Positions 26,427 to 36,534 of a stretch of 64,000 nucleotides of DNA are shown piece after piece. Where the stretch lies: IMG/VR virus record IMGVR_UViG_3300042291_001013; one strand, written 5' to 3'. Below the pieces are notes generated by a model. It ran no database searches and had not been told where the DNA came from. It saw nothing but the letters and a program-made list of their open reading frames with translations. Source of the DNA: a virus. Lineage: Duplodnaviria > Caudoviricetes. Both the position numbers and the translations under genes were made by a program. The first letter of the stretch is position 1. Each line of letters opens with the position of its first letter.

Positions 26427-27321
26427 TTGTGTCTAAACTGCTTGTAACCGTTCCGCTCATGGCCGCCATTGAATGTTTGCCAGAGTTCTGTCTGGTCCAT
26501 GAAGGATTCAGTCCGTTCATTTCCAGAATGTCATCACGGATGTTTTGATTTTTCTTTTCAATGTTCAAGATACGAGTAAAGCTATTAGTGATAGCGGCAG
26601 TATAATACGCAAAAGGGTTCTGCGATTTTGACTCGTCAAATTGCAATCCAATTTGGCTGAGCTGTAACAGGGCCTGTCCCCGCATTTCTTCGTTGTATGT
26701 GTATCCACGCCAGTTACTCCTTGTAGCATATCTTTCGCACAGTTTCATAAACATCATGGCCAGCTTGCGGGTCATGTTGCCATGTTCTCTACTGAACTCA
26801 CCAGTTTGTAAATCGCCTTTCCAGTGACTACGTCCCACAATAAACGGGACTTTATCTTTGTCTAAGCGATAGTGTTCAAATGGGGGGAAATTTAATCGCA
26901 CATGATTCATGTCCAGCACAGGCTCTTCAACCAGGTCAGCCAGTGGATCATCTTCTGTAGCGTCATCTAGATCTAGAATGTCTTCTAGTTTTCTGCGCTT
27001 GGCCTCGGCCTTGGTAATTTTTTTAGGCGCCTTGGGAATATGATCCCAGCAAGTGATACGAAACACAATGTCTGCGTTGGGTATTTTTTTGGGGTCTACT
27101 ATGGTACCTTCACGCTTGAGTCGGTCAGCACGATTGCGACGTGCTTCGGCCACAGTGCGTTGATTGATTTTGTCCAGGCTGGGTAAAATCATATCATACT
27201 GATGATCTAGTTCTCGATCCTGGTACCAACAGTATGTGTTTTTGCTGTGATGTATTTCTTTTAAGATATCTCTGTTGTTGAGATAGTTCACGCGAGGTGC
27301 AGTTTTTGGCAATAAAGTCAT
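26419..27321 (-). CDS. gp55: Late transcription sigma factor (T4 gp55-like)
   Basis: NYLNN..+L.EI, NWRGYTYNEEM, FDESKSQNPFAYYT...NSF.RIL..EKK motifs; conserved 55-47-46 order. Confidence 0.85.
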   Translation of the reverse strand: MTLLPKTAPRVNYLNNRDILKEIHHSKNTYCWYQDRELDHQYDMILPSLDKINQRTVAEARRNRADRLKREGTIVDPKKIPNADIVFRITCWDHIPKAPKKITKAEAKRRKLEDILDLDDATEDDPLADLVEEPVLDMNHVRLNFPPFEHYRLDKDKVPFIVGRSHWKGDLQTGEFSREHGNMTRKLAMMFMKLCERYATRSNWRGYTYNEEMRGQALLQLSQIGLQFDESKSQNPFAYYTAAITNSFTRILNIEKKNQNIRDDILEMNGLNPSWTRQNSGKHSMAAMSGTVTSSLDTND

Positions 27322-27344
27322 GGTTGACTGTGTCTCCTAATGTG

Positions 27345-27377
27345 TACTTATTGTAGCAGAAAAACAACATTTGTCAA
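27345..27377 (-). promoter_or_regulatory. Sigma70-type promoter overlapped by a late-type TAAGTA box upstream of gp55
   Basis: TTGACA (27377-27372)-N16-TACAAT (27355-27350) with extended TG; TAAGTA at 27350-27345; AGGAG SD follows. Confidence 0.65.
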
Positions 27378-27435
27378 CCTTTTTGTTAAACTACGCCGAA
27401 AAAGATTGGGTTAAATAAGGTATAGGAACACAATC

Positions 27436-30400
27436 ATGGCACAGGGATACGATCCAGCAAAAGCGGCAGAAGTAAACAGACTTATAGCACAAGGACAAAC
27501 TCCTCGCGATGCCTTGGCACAGGCTGGTATCACTCAAGAAGAATTTGGCAACTACAACTATGATACTGAAACCAGTGTGCTTGGGCCGCAAAATGGGCCG
27601 CCCAGTAACGAACAATCAGTTAGTCCAGCTAGCGATCCCAGTCAATTTCCTGCATATGATGATGATGGCAATCTACAACCGGGCTTTGCCATCAATGATG
27701 AAAACGGCGAGCCATACTATCGTGGCTACCCGTCACAGGATGTGACAAATCAGCCAGTTAATCCGGCCTTTGATCCCAGTCAATTTCCTGCATATGATGA
27801 TGACGGCAACCTACAACCAGGATTTGCCATCAATGACGAAACAGGTGGCACATACTATCGTGGCCTAGGCCCACTGACACAACAGACTTCAGGCTTTGAT
27901 CCAAATTTTAATGAGTTTGGGGGATTAGATGAAGCCATTGCCGCTCAACAAAATGCAACACCAATTAACAATCCCTACTATGGATTAACTCCCACACAAT
28001 TGCAAGACCTTGGTGGAGCAGATCCTACAGATCCGTACATACGTGCTAGACTAGGTATTCCTCAATTGCCAGGATCCACGCTATTTGCCACTGGCGGATT
28101 TGGCACAATCAAAACTGGGGTTCCTTTGATTGACACAGCACTGGGCATTGTGGGAGGTATTGCTGGCGGTATTGGTTCAGTGTTTAGTAATTTTGCATCT
28201 GCCATTGGTGGATTGTTTGGGCCCAAGCCCACAGCATCAACTACTGCGGCCACTACAGGTCTGGGATTTGCGGCATTGGCGGTACCAGTTGTAACACCGC
28301 CCAAGACAGACACACCTTTGCCAACCACAGCAGATCCCAGTCAGTTTCCAGCATATGATGATGATGGCAACCTACAACCGGGCTTTGCTATCAATGACGA
28401 AAACGGCGAACCATACTATCGTGGCTTCCCTAGTCAAGACGCTCAGGACACTCCAGTCAACCCTGCCAGCGATCCCAGCCAGTTCCCTGCATATGATGAT
28501 GATGGTAATTTGCAACCTGGTTTTGCTATCAATGACGAAAACGGCGGTACCTATTATCGTGGCTTTGAAAGAAACACAGACCAACCACTGAGTGTTACCG
28601 CGGATCCCAGCCAATTTCCGGCATATGATGACGATGGCAATCTACAACCTGGCTTTGCTATCAATGACGAAAACGGCGAACCATACTATCAAGGGTTTGA
28701 ACGCAATACTGATCGACCTCTAAGCCCAACAGCAGACCCCAGTCAGTTTCCGGCATATGACGATGATGGCAACCTACAACCTGGCTTTGCTATCAATGAC
28801 GAAAACGGCGAACCATACTATCAAGGATTTGAACGCAGTTACGACGTGCCGTTCAACCCAGACGAAGATCCGTTTGAACAATCCCGTTATGAAGCTGAAC
28901 TGGCATACAATGCTCAAGAGCCGTACGAGTTTGGGGCCGCCAACATCAATGATCCGTATTATGGATTGTCACCAGACCAGTTACAGGCTCTAGGTGGTGC
29001 AGACCCTACTGACCCTTACATACGTGCTAGATTAGGTATACCTCAGTTACCAGGCGAGACACTGATGGCTACCCCGGGGTTTGGCACAATCAAAACTGGC
29101 ATACCATTAATTGACAATGCATTGAGTTTCCTTGGCGGCCTATTTGGCAGCCCAACTCCGCCCCCTACACCTGCGGCTGTTCCAGTAGCACCCACTACGG
29201 ATCCCAGTCAGTTCCCTGCATATGATGATGACGGCAATCTACAACCTGGCTTTGCCATCAACGAAGAAAACGGCGAACCTTACTATCAAGGGTTTGACAA
29301 AAACACAGATCAGCCAGTTAACCCTGCTAGTGACCCCAGCCAGTTCCCGGCATATGATGATGACGGCAACCTACAACCAGGCTTTGCCATCAATGATGAA
29401 AACGGCGAGCCATACTATCGCGGTTTTGAAAGAAACACAGACCAGCCAGTTAATCCTGCCAGCGACCCCAGCCAATTCCCTGCCTATGACGATGATGGCA
29501 ATCTACAACCGGGATTTGCTATCAACGAAGAAACTGGCGAAACATATTTCCAAGGTGTGGGTCCTGCTACAGGCACAGATTCAACAACACTAAGCGCAGA
29601 ACAAGCGGATGCGTTCTACAATGGAACTGGTACTCCAACTGCCGCACAACAAGCAGAAACCAATGCAAAAACCGCAGCCGATGCGGCAGCATTGTATCCA
29701 GGAACAGATAACACAAACTTAAAGAACATCAACGAAGCATCAGGAGCCATTGCACAAAACGAAGCTGGCATTGCCAACGCTCAAAGTATCATTGATCAAA
29801 ACAATGCTGAACTAGCAGATCCTGATATCAGCGACGAACGCAGAGCAGAGTTAGAAGCCAACAATGCCGCTCAAGAAAACTATATTAGACTAGCAGAAGA
29901 TAATACTGCTGAAAATGAGTTAGTGATTGAATCCAATGCAGACGCATTTGCGGCAGGTGGTGGCGACCCTGACAGTGGGCAAAGCCCCGATGAAGTTGCG
30001 GCTTTGGAAGATCCTGGCCTACAAGAAAATGTATTTGATCCTGGCGAAACAGTTAATGCCAACGGTGAATCAGTGTTTGATCCTGAAAATGTTGAGCCTA
30101 ATTCAGATCCGTTTGAGCAAGCAAGATTTGAAGCAGAACTTGCGGCTGAGGTGCCTGTTGAAGACATTGTGTTAACTCCAGACGAACAAGCAGCCGCGGA
30201 TGATCCGTTTGAACAACGTCGTCTTGAACTTGAGCAAGAAGCAAATCGTGAAGAGTTGGCCATGGAAGCCACAGATGTTGAGCCCGGGCTGTTTACAGGC
30301 CAGACTGATGAGTTTGGCGGTGTAGATGAAGCAGTGGCTATAGAACAAGCTGACATTGACACACGCAATGATCCTGCGTTGTCTGAAGAAGAAATTCAAG

Positions 30401-31449
30401 CTGAACTTGATCGAGCTGTTGAAAACAATGATGCCGAAGACGTTGAACCCAGTCCAATTGATGTAGATGCTGAAATAGAAAGAGCCGCAGCCGAAGGTGC
30501 TGAACAATATGAAGCCACAGACGTTAATTCAAGTGATGACGAAGGATTGCCAAAAGAAGGTGGTGGAGATCTTGCTAATGAACGTGATGATGCTGCCGCA
30601 GTTGATGCCGCATCTCAAAATGCCACAGTGGCCAAGGCCAAAGAACAAGCAACACTGCAAGCAAGATACAAACAGCCAGGCGTGACAGATTGGCGTGTGC
30701 GTTTGGTCTTGGCCGAGAACAGCGATTATCTTTACAATTCAGACGATGCTGACATTTTAAAACCTTTGAAAGGCAGTAACGGGGTGATATTCCCTTACAC
30801 TCCAAACATCACCACGTCATACACGGCCAATTATGAGCAATACAATCTCATACACTCAAACTATCGTGGCTTGTTCTACAAGAACAGTAACGTGGGTGAT
30901 GTACAAATTCGCGGAACGTTCACAGCACAAGACACACAAGAAGCACAGTACCTGTTGTCAGTAATACACTTTTTTAGATCAGTTACCAAAATGTTCTATG
31001 GCAAAGATGCACAACGTGGTACGCCACCACCCTTGGTATATCTAGTGGGCTACGGTGATTGGCAGTTCTCTGGACATCCTTGTGTGGTAGGATCTTTTAA
31101 TTACAATTTGCCCAATGAAGTGGACTACATACGTGCCAGCAGTCCCAACAATTACGGAACCAGTTTGTTTAATCGCAGAACTCCAGTGGCATCCAATTCA
31201 GGTGGCACAAACTACAGCGGAGCCATTAGATTGGCCAATGCACTGTTGCCACAAGGCGCACTACCACAAGTACCATCGCCAGGGCCTTTACCACAAGCAG
31301 TTTCCAACACTAATAGAGCATCATACGTACCAACCAAAATGGAAATTGACATCACATTGATACCAGTGCAAACACGCGAACAAGTTAGCAAGCAGTTTAG
31401 CCTCAAGGCATTTGCCAATGGTAATCTGCTCAAAGGAGGTTATTGGTAA
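27436..31449 (+). CDS. Baseplate tail-tube initiator/cap-like domain (gp48/gp54-like) fused to a ~1080-aa acidic repeat region
   Basis: C-terminal DWRVRL...GVIFPYTP...HSNY...TFTAQ...HFFRSVTKMFYG...PPP domain immediately upstream of the gp53-like gene; TAAATA at 27412-27417. Confidence 0.6.
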   Translation: MAQGYDPAKAAEVNRLIAQGQTPRDALAQAGITQEEFGNYNYDTETSVLGPQNGPPSNEQSVSPASDPSQFPAYDDDGNLQPGFAINDENGEPYYRGYPSQDVTNQPVNPAFDPSQFPAYDDDGNLQPGFAINDETGGTYYRGLGPLTQQTSGFDPNFNEFGGLDEAIAAQQNATPINNPYYGLTPTQLQDLGGADPTDPYIRARLGIPQLPGSTLFATGGFGTIKTGVPLIDTALGIVGGIAGGIGSVFSNFASAIGGLFGPKPTASTTAATTGLGFAALAVPVVTPPKTDTPLPTTADPSQFPAYDDDGNLQPGFAINDENGEPYYRGFPSQDAQDTPVNPASDPSQFPAYDDDGNLQPGFAINDENGGTYYRGFERNTDQPLSVTADPSQFPAYDDDGNLQPGFAINDENGEPYYQGFERNTDRPLSPTADPSQFPAYDDDGNLQPGFAINDENGEPYYQGFERSYDVPFNPDEDPFEQSRYEAELAYNAQEPYEFGAANINDPYYGLSPDQLQALGGADPTDPYIRARLGIPQLPGETLMATPGFGTIKTGIPLIDNALSFLGGLFGSPTPPPTPAAVPVAPTTDPSQFPAYDDDGNLQPGFAINEENGEPYYQGFDKNTDQPVNPASDPSQFPAYDDDGNLQPGFAINDENGEPYYRGFERNTDQPVNPASDPSQFPAYDDDGNLQPGFAINEETGETYFQGVGPATGTDSTTLSAEQADAFYNGTGTPTAAQQAETNAKTAADAAALYPGTDNTNLKNINEASGAIAQNEAGIANAQSIIDQNNAELADPDISDERRAELEANNAAQENYIRLAEDNTAENELVIESNADAFAAGGGDPDSGQSPDEVAALEDPGLQENVFDPGETVNANGESVFDPENVEPNSDPFEQARFEAELAAEVPVEDIVLTPDEQAAADDPFEQRRLELEQEANREELAMEATDVEPGLFTGQTDEFGGVDEAVAIEQADIDTRNDPALSEEEIQAELDRAVENNDAEDVEPSPIDVDAEIERAAAEGAEQYEATDVNSSDDEGLPKEGGGDLANERDDAAAVDAASQNATVAKAKEQATLQARYKQPGVTDWRVRLVLAENSDYLYNSDDADILKPLKGSNGVIFPYTPNITTSYTANYEQYNLIHSNYRGLFYKNSNVGDVQIRGTFTAQDTQEAQYLLSVIHFFRSVTKMFYGKDAQRGTPPPLVYLVGYGDWQFSGHPCVVGSFNYNLPNEVDYIRASSPNNYGTSLFNRRTPVASNSGGTNYSGAIRLANALLPQGALPQVPSPGPLPQAVSNTNRASYVPTKMEIDITLIPVQTREQVSKQFSLKAFANGNLLKGGYW
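27620..29560 (+). repeat. Nine copies of a ~45-aa (135-bp) coding repeat plus two copies of a ~60-aa repeat
   Basis: DPSQFPAYDDDGNLQPGFAIN(D/E)E(N/T)G..Y counted 9 times in blocks of 2, 4 and 3, separated by PYYGL...GGADPTDPYIRARLGIPQLPG...GFGTIKTG x2. Confidence 0.95.
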
Positions 31450-31748
31450 TGGCTGAATACTCATCAACCAGTCCCTATTATCAAACGGGCTACAGTCAAT
31501 TCTTTTTAGATGTCATGGTCAATAGACCCATACCCAAAGAAGATGATGACCTAACATTTACTATCAACCAAACTTATCAGTACAGACCTGATATGTTGGC
31601 TTATGACCTGTATCAAACTTCCACGTTGTGGTGGGTGTTTTATCAACGCAATCCCAACACACTGCAAGCACCGCCCTTGGACTTTACTGTGGGCAAAATA
31701 ATTTATTTGCCAAAAATTTCAACGCTGAAAACAGCACTGGGATTCTAA
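31449..31748 (+). CDS. Baseplate wedge protein, gp53-like (LysM-related fold), 99 aa
   Basis: YQYRPDMLAYDLY....LWWVF...NP...IYLP motif; TAATG overlap gives the start at 31449. Confidence 0.7.
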   Translation: MAEYSSTSPYYQTGYSQFFLDVMVNRPIPKEDDDLTFTINQTYQYRPDMLAYDLYQTSTLWWVFYQRNPNTLQAPPLDFTVGKIIYLPKISTLKTALGF

Positions 31749-31751
31749 CAC

Positions 31752-34700
31752 ATGGCTAGAACTGTTGCAGAAATAGAAGCAGAAATTGCCAAGCTTCAGG
31801 CAGAATTTGATGCGGTGCAAGCAGCCGCAAGAGCTTCTGGTGATATTAATAGTCCTCTTCTAAACACAAGAGAACAATTAAGAGCTCAAATAGCTCAACT
31901 TCGACGTGAGTTAAGAACCGCAGTTGCACAAGAAAATGGCACACAACCTCAACCTCCTGCCACTGCCAGCCAAACTGCACAAGACGATGGTAGTCAAGGT
32001 CCTAACAAACCCGCCGCACAACAAATTGACACCAGCGGCAGAGTAGTTACACCACCTGATACAACTGCCCCAACCAATGCTGAAAAACCCACAACCACAG
32101 ACGCTGGTGGTGGTGACACTGGCACCCAAGAGCGCACTCGTACTCTGTCAGAAACACAGGCCACAGGTCCAACAACTCCAGGTCCTATTTCAGAACCACC
32201 ACCCGCTGTCACAGCCAACAGCCCCGCAGGTGCGGCTGGAGAACAAGCAAGAATTTCTGCAGACTCGCCAACCCTGGCCACTGCCCCTGGCGTTGGCGCA
32301 GCCAATGATGATGCTGCCAAAAACTCTGCAGAATCTGCACAGGTAGACGTTAATGCTACCAACACCACAACTGTCTATGTCAAGCCCAGAACAAATACAC
32401 TAGATAAGTTTTTCAGCTACACTTATTCAGTGTCAGTGTATATGCTTACGGTCAAACAATATCAGTCCTTGATGTACAGCAAAAACAAAAAGATTGACGG
32501 ATATTATCTTTTGTTTCAAAGCGGCGGCGCAGCCAACAACGTGGGGGGTGTGCGCAACCTTGACGGCTTTGCGCCCAGTAACACACAATATGGTGCATTT
32601 GGTGAAGAGCCCACAGCCAGCCCACCGCCAGCAGATGGTGGCCGCAACCCATTTTTTCCGCTAGACTACTACATTGACAGTGTGACATTGGACACTAGCC
32701 CCTTGGGCAGGGCCACTGGTGCCAGTCACATGACTGCTAGTTTAAAATTTACTGTGCAAGAAACAATGGGTATTACCTTGATTGATAATCTCAATCAAGC
32801 CGCAAGAAATATCAGTGCCGTTGACGAAGGCACAGGCCAGCCCAACTATACCAATACTGATTATCTCATGATCATACGTTTTTATGGCTATGATCAAAAT
32901 GGCAAGCAAGTAGAAATACGTGGCGGCGTTAACAACACCTTGATTGAAAAATACATTCCCTTCAAGGTCAACGCAATCAACTGGAGTGTGGGGTCAAAGT
33001 TGATTAGCTATGACTGGGACTGCACACCACAAGGTCAACAAATTGGCGGGTTCACTGCTCGTGGCGCAGTGCCATATGATGTGCAGTTGGTAGACAGCAC
33101 TGTAGAAGGATTACTAGCAGGAAGTTTAACTTTTGCTGGGGGAGCAACGCAAGCAGCCAATCCTGGAGCATCAACCACAGCCAATGCCAATGGTGCATTC
33201 CGCGGTCAAAGATCTGACGTACCAGCTACAGCCTCAACACAGGCACCACAAAAAGCCATTGCGGCACCAACGTCAAAAACCACAATAACCAGAGGCTTGA
33301 TGGATGCCATGAACAAGTTTCAAGATGACCTAGTATCACAAGGCATCTACAAAATTCCTGACAGGTATTCAATTGAATTTATTGGCACCGACAAAACATC
33401 AAGGGCAGACATTGCTGATGCCAAGTTACAGTTGCCAGCTACCAAGGTAGACAAAGCAAAAACGGCAGGCGGGAAAACAGCAACACAGGATACCAGCAGC
33501 CTCAAGCCAGAAACAAACGCAGTTGACATGATCAGTCGTAGTTTTAGTATCACAGCTGGCCAGATGCTAACACAGGCAATTGAACTTGTGATTCGCAACA
33601 GCAATTACATTACTGATCAAGCCATTGTGGTTTTGCAACCAGACGGAACATATTTGCCAAACCCCCAGGCCAAGGATGAAGTATCTTGGTTTACCATCAT
33701 GATGAGTGCTACTGAGCGCCCTGGCGGTATTGACACACAGCGCAATGACTATGCCTATGACATTAGGTACACTGTGGCTCCATACATTGTGAAAAATGTG
33801 GCCAGTCAGTACTTTCCGGTTAGCACTTTTTCTGGAATACACAAAAGCTACCCCTATTGGTTTACCGGACAAAATACTGCGGTGCTGGAATATCAAGAAC
33901 AGCTCAACGCATTGTACAGCCTTACAGTGAGTGGTGACAATCCCAAATACAGTGCTCTAGCAGAAGAACGCAAAAACTTCTCATCCAGCATGAGAGATAT
34001 TGTAAAATACAACTATGCTCCGCGCAGTACAGAAAGCAGTTCAGGCGCCGACGGCAAGAGTAATGAGATTGGTGCCAACTTGACAGAAGACCTTATGAGT
34101 CCAGGAGATCTTGCCAATTGCAAAATCAAGATTATTGGCGACCCAGACTGGATTCAGCAAGGCAGTTTGTTTCAACCAGTCACACCAGGCTCATACAATG
34201 TTGAGGCCACCACTGGCTGGAATGAAGATGGCAGTATTGGGTTTGATTGTGGTGATGTGTTGTTTGAAATTGTGTGGCAACGCCCTGAGGATTATGATCT
34301 GGCCACTGGCCTTGCAGACCCCTATGCCGTGACACAGAAAAAATACGGCAATCGCGAGCCCATACAAAGCCGTGTGTATATCTGTACCAAGGTCATTAGC
34401 GAATTTAGGCAAGGCAAGTTTGAACAAACAGTTGAAGGCACCCTATATAGATATCCCAAACCTGATGGCACCAATGCCATTGCTCCTGTACAGGACAACA
34501 AAACCAGCGAGCGTGGCCAGGCCAGCACCGCAGGTGCGAGCGGGACACCAGATGAGTCTAGCGCAGAAACTGCAAGACTCAAGGCACAAAGCAAGCGTCT
34601 AAAAAGCGCGGCTGAAACACCAAAGCCAACGTCAACAACTGGAACAACACCTACATCGTCAACGGCCCAAGGTGTTCAACAACTACTGAACCCACCTACT

Positions 34701-35006
34701 ACCTTGGCTAATCCAACGCTGACTCAGTTGCAATCTAGCCCAGTATATAATGCGGCAAGACGCAGTGGGCAAACACCACAAGCATCCTTAGATGCGGCCA
34801 GACAGGCATTTGCTGCCACTGCTGGCGGAAGTCCGGTAACTAGTAATGGGCAGGCAGTGTCCACGTCACAGGTAGGCGGGCCACCCAAACTTGGAGGGGG
34901 AGGTGCAGGATTGTCAGCAGATCAGGCTAGACAAGCACAGAATATTCCGCAGAATCCCACAAACAGCACTAACCCAAGCGAACAAACTATGGCAAGAACT
35001 ACTTAA
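31752..35006 (+). CDS. Putative baseplate hub protein (gp27/gpD-like position) with low-complexity N- and C-terminal tails
   Basis: Lies between gp53-like and gp5-like genes; folded core with KIKIIGDPDW..Q and Y....V.S.F..G.F.Q patterns; assignment mainly from synteny. Confidence 0.45.
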   Translation: MARTVAEIEAEIAKLQAEFDAVQAAARASGDINSPLLNTREQLRAQIAQLRRELRTAVAQENGTQPQPPATASQTAQDDGSQGPNKPAAQQIDTSGRVVTPPDTTAPTNAEKPTTTDAGGGDTGTQERTRTLSETQATGPTTPGPISEPPPAVTANSPAGAAGEQARISADSPTLATAPGVGAANDDAAKNSAESAQVDVNATNTTTVYVKPRTNTLDKFFSYTYSVSVYMLTVKQYQSLMYSKNKKIDGYYLLFQSGGAANNVGGVRNLDGFAPSNTQYGAFGEEPTASPPPADGGRNPFFPLDYYIDSVTLDTSPLGRATGASHMTASLKFTVQETMGITLIDNLNQAARNISAVDEGTGQPNYTNTDYLMIIRFYGYDQNGKQVEIRGGVNNTLIEKYIPFKVNAINWSVGSKLISYDWDCTPQGQQIGGFTARGAVPYDVQLVDSTVEGLLAGSLTFAGGATQAANPGASTTANANGAFRGQRSDVPATASTQAPQKAIAAPTSKTTITRGLMDAMNKFQDDLVSQGIYKIPDRYSIEFIGTDKTSRADIADAKLQLPATKVDKAKTAGGKTATQDTSSLKPETNAVDMISRSFSITAGQMLTQAIELVIRNSNYITDQAIVVLQPDGTYLPNPQAKDEVSWFTIMMSATERPGGIDTQRNDYAYDIRYTVAPYIVKNVASQYFPVSTFSGIHKSYPYWFTGQNTAVLEYQEQLNALYSLTVSGDNPKYSALAEERKNFSSSMRDIVKYNYAPRSTESSSGADGKSNEIGANLTEDLMSPGDLANCKIKIIGDPDWIQQGSLFQPVTPGSYNVEATTGWNEDGSIGFDCGDVLFEIVWQRPEDYDLATGLADPYAVTQKKYGNREPIQSRVYICTKVISEFRQGKFEQTVEGTLYRYPKPDGTNAIAPVQDNKTSERGQASTAGASGTPDESSAETARLKAQSKRLKSAAETPKPTSTTGTTPTSSTAQGVQQLLNPPTTLANPTLTQLQSSPVYNAARRSGQTPQASLDAARQAFAATAGGSPVTSNGQAVSTSQVGGPPKLGGGGAGLSADQARQAQNIPQNPTNSTNPSEQTMARTT

Positions 35007-35015
35007 GGAAAATAA

Positions 35016-36533
35016 ATGGCAGAAAGTTATCAACGCAGTCGAGGAAGAGCACAGAACTACAAGCTAGATCGTGGTGGTGTTCCCGCAGAGTTTGGGCCAT
35101 TTACTGGTGTTGTAATGAGCACTGTGGATCCCACACGCAGTGGTCGCCTTCGTGTGTTTATTGAAGCCTTTGTTGATGGTGGCCCAGAAGCCATGGAAGA
35201 TGAATCAAAATGGACCACGGTCAGCTACATGCCATCCTTTTATGGCAACACGCCCATGACCGAAACTGAAGGAGCAACCAGCACGTATGGAACCTATCCA
35301 GGCAACTCCAACAGCTATGGCATGTGGTTTACCCCGCCAGATATTGGAATCACAGTAATTTGTATCTTTGTCAACGGGGATAGATCGCAAGGATTTTACA
35401 TTGGTGCAATTCCTGAACAGGGTCTGGGCAACATGATTCCGGCCATTGCTGCCAGCACCAAATATGAAGTTGGCAACGCAAATCAAAAAGAATATTTTGC
35501 CAAGGCCACAAGACTACCAGTAAGCGAAATCAACCTCAACAACATTGAACTCTTTAATGATCCTAGATTTTTTGATGCAATAAAACCAGTGCATGGTTAT
35601 CTAGCTCAGGCATTATTTCAGCAAGGCTTGATTGAAGATCTAGAGCGCGGCACCATAAGATCCAGCAGTCAACGCGAAACCCCATCAGCAGTGTTTGGCG
35701 TTTCAACCCCAGGCATACCAATCTATCAAGGCGGCATGAGCCCCAATGACATTAGAACCAAACTTGACGCCGGCGAAATCAAGCCCAGTCAGGCCAAAGT
35801 GATTGGTCGCGTGGGTGGCCACAGTCTAGTCATGGACGATGGCGACCTAGATGGCGACAATGCTCTGTTTAGATTGCGCACAAGTCTGGGCCATCAAATC
35901 ACCATGAGTGATACTGGTAACTTCTTTTACATTGTGCATGCTAATGGGCAAGCATGGTTGGAGTTTGGGGTAGAAGGCACAGTAGATGTGTACGCCACAA
36001 ACTCAGTAAACATTCGCACCAAGGGCGACATTAATTTTCATGCAGACCGAGATATTAATATGTTTGCTGGGCGCAATGTCAATACCAAGTCTGTGGAAAA
36101 TACACACATTGAAGCCATGAAGGACATGACAATCACCAGTCAAGGTGCTTGGACAGCCTACAGCAAATCAACCATTGGAGTCAAAGCCGACGGCACACTG
36201 ACATTAAACAGTGCTGGCGGTTCATGGGGTGCTGGCCCCAGTTTGGTCTTGCAAGCTGGCGGCATTGATCTTAACGGCCCCAGTGCTGATCAAATTGAAA
36301 CGCCCAATCCTCTAACAAAAACACTGCTGGACGAAACAGAGTTTGATACCAGCAAAGGATGGATTGTGGTTCCTGAAGGGATTGAAAGTATAGTAACTCG
36401 TGCGCCCACACACGAACCATACCCGTATCACAACAAAGGTGTTGATGTCAAAATTCAATTTGAGGAAGGACAACCCAGTCCGCCTCCAGGCGCAGTGCCT
36501 GTTCCCCCAGGCGTGGAAATAGTGGCCAAATAA
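35016..36533 (+). CDS. gp5: Baseplate central spike (gp5/VgrG-like OB-fold plus beta-helix)
   Basis: GVVMSTVDPTRSGRLRVFI, YGMWFTPPDIG.V+C.F..GD OB-fold motifs; GHSLVMDD, GHQITMSD and short beta repeats; no lysozyme domain evident. Confidence 0.75.
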   Translation: MAESYQRSRGRAQNYKLDRGGVPAEFGPFTGVVMSTVDPTRSGRLRVFIEAFVDGGPEAMEDESKWTTVSYMPSFYGNTPMTETEGATSTYGTYPGNSNSYGMWFTPPDIGITVICIFVNGDRSQGFYIGAIPEQGLGNMIPAIAASTKYEVGNANQKEYFAKATRLPVSEINLNNIELFNDPRFFDAIKPVHGYLAQALFQQGLIEDLERGTIRSSSQRETPSAVFGVSTPGIPIYQGGMSPNDIRTKLDAGEIKPSQAKVIGRVGGHSLVMDDGDLDGDNALFRLRTSLGHQITMSDTGNFFYIVHANGQAWLEFGVEGTVDVYATNSVNIRTKGDINFHADRDINMFAGRNVNTKSVENTHIEAMKDMTITSQGAWTAYSKSTIGVKADGTLTLNSAGGSWGAGPSLVLQAGGIDLNGPSADQIETPNPLTKTLLDETEFDTSKGWIVVPEGIESIVTRAPTHEPYPYHNKGVDVKIQFEEGQPSPPPGAVPVPPGVEIVAK

Positions 36534-36534
36534 C

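Noticed and set aside
27620-29560. Regularly spaced ~135-bp repeats as a CRISPR array or DGR template/variable repeat
   Set aside because: The repeats are in frame in one ORF, vary mainly at third codon positions, lack unique spacers, and no cas or reverse transcriptase gene is present in the window.
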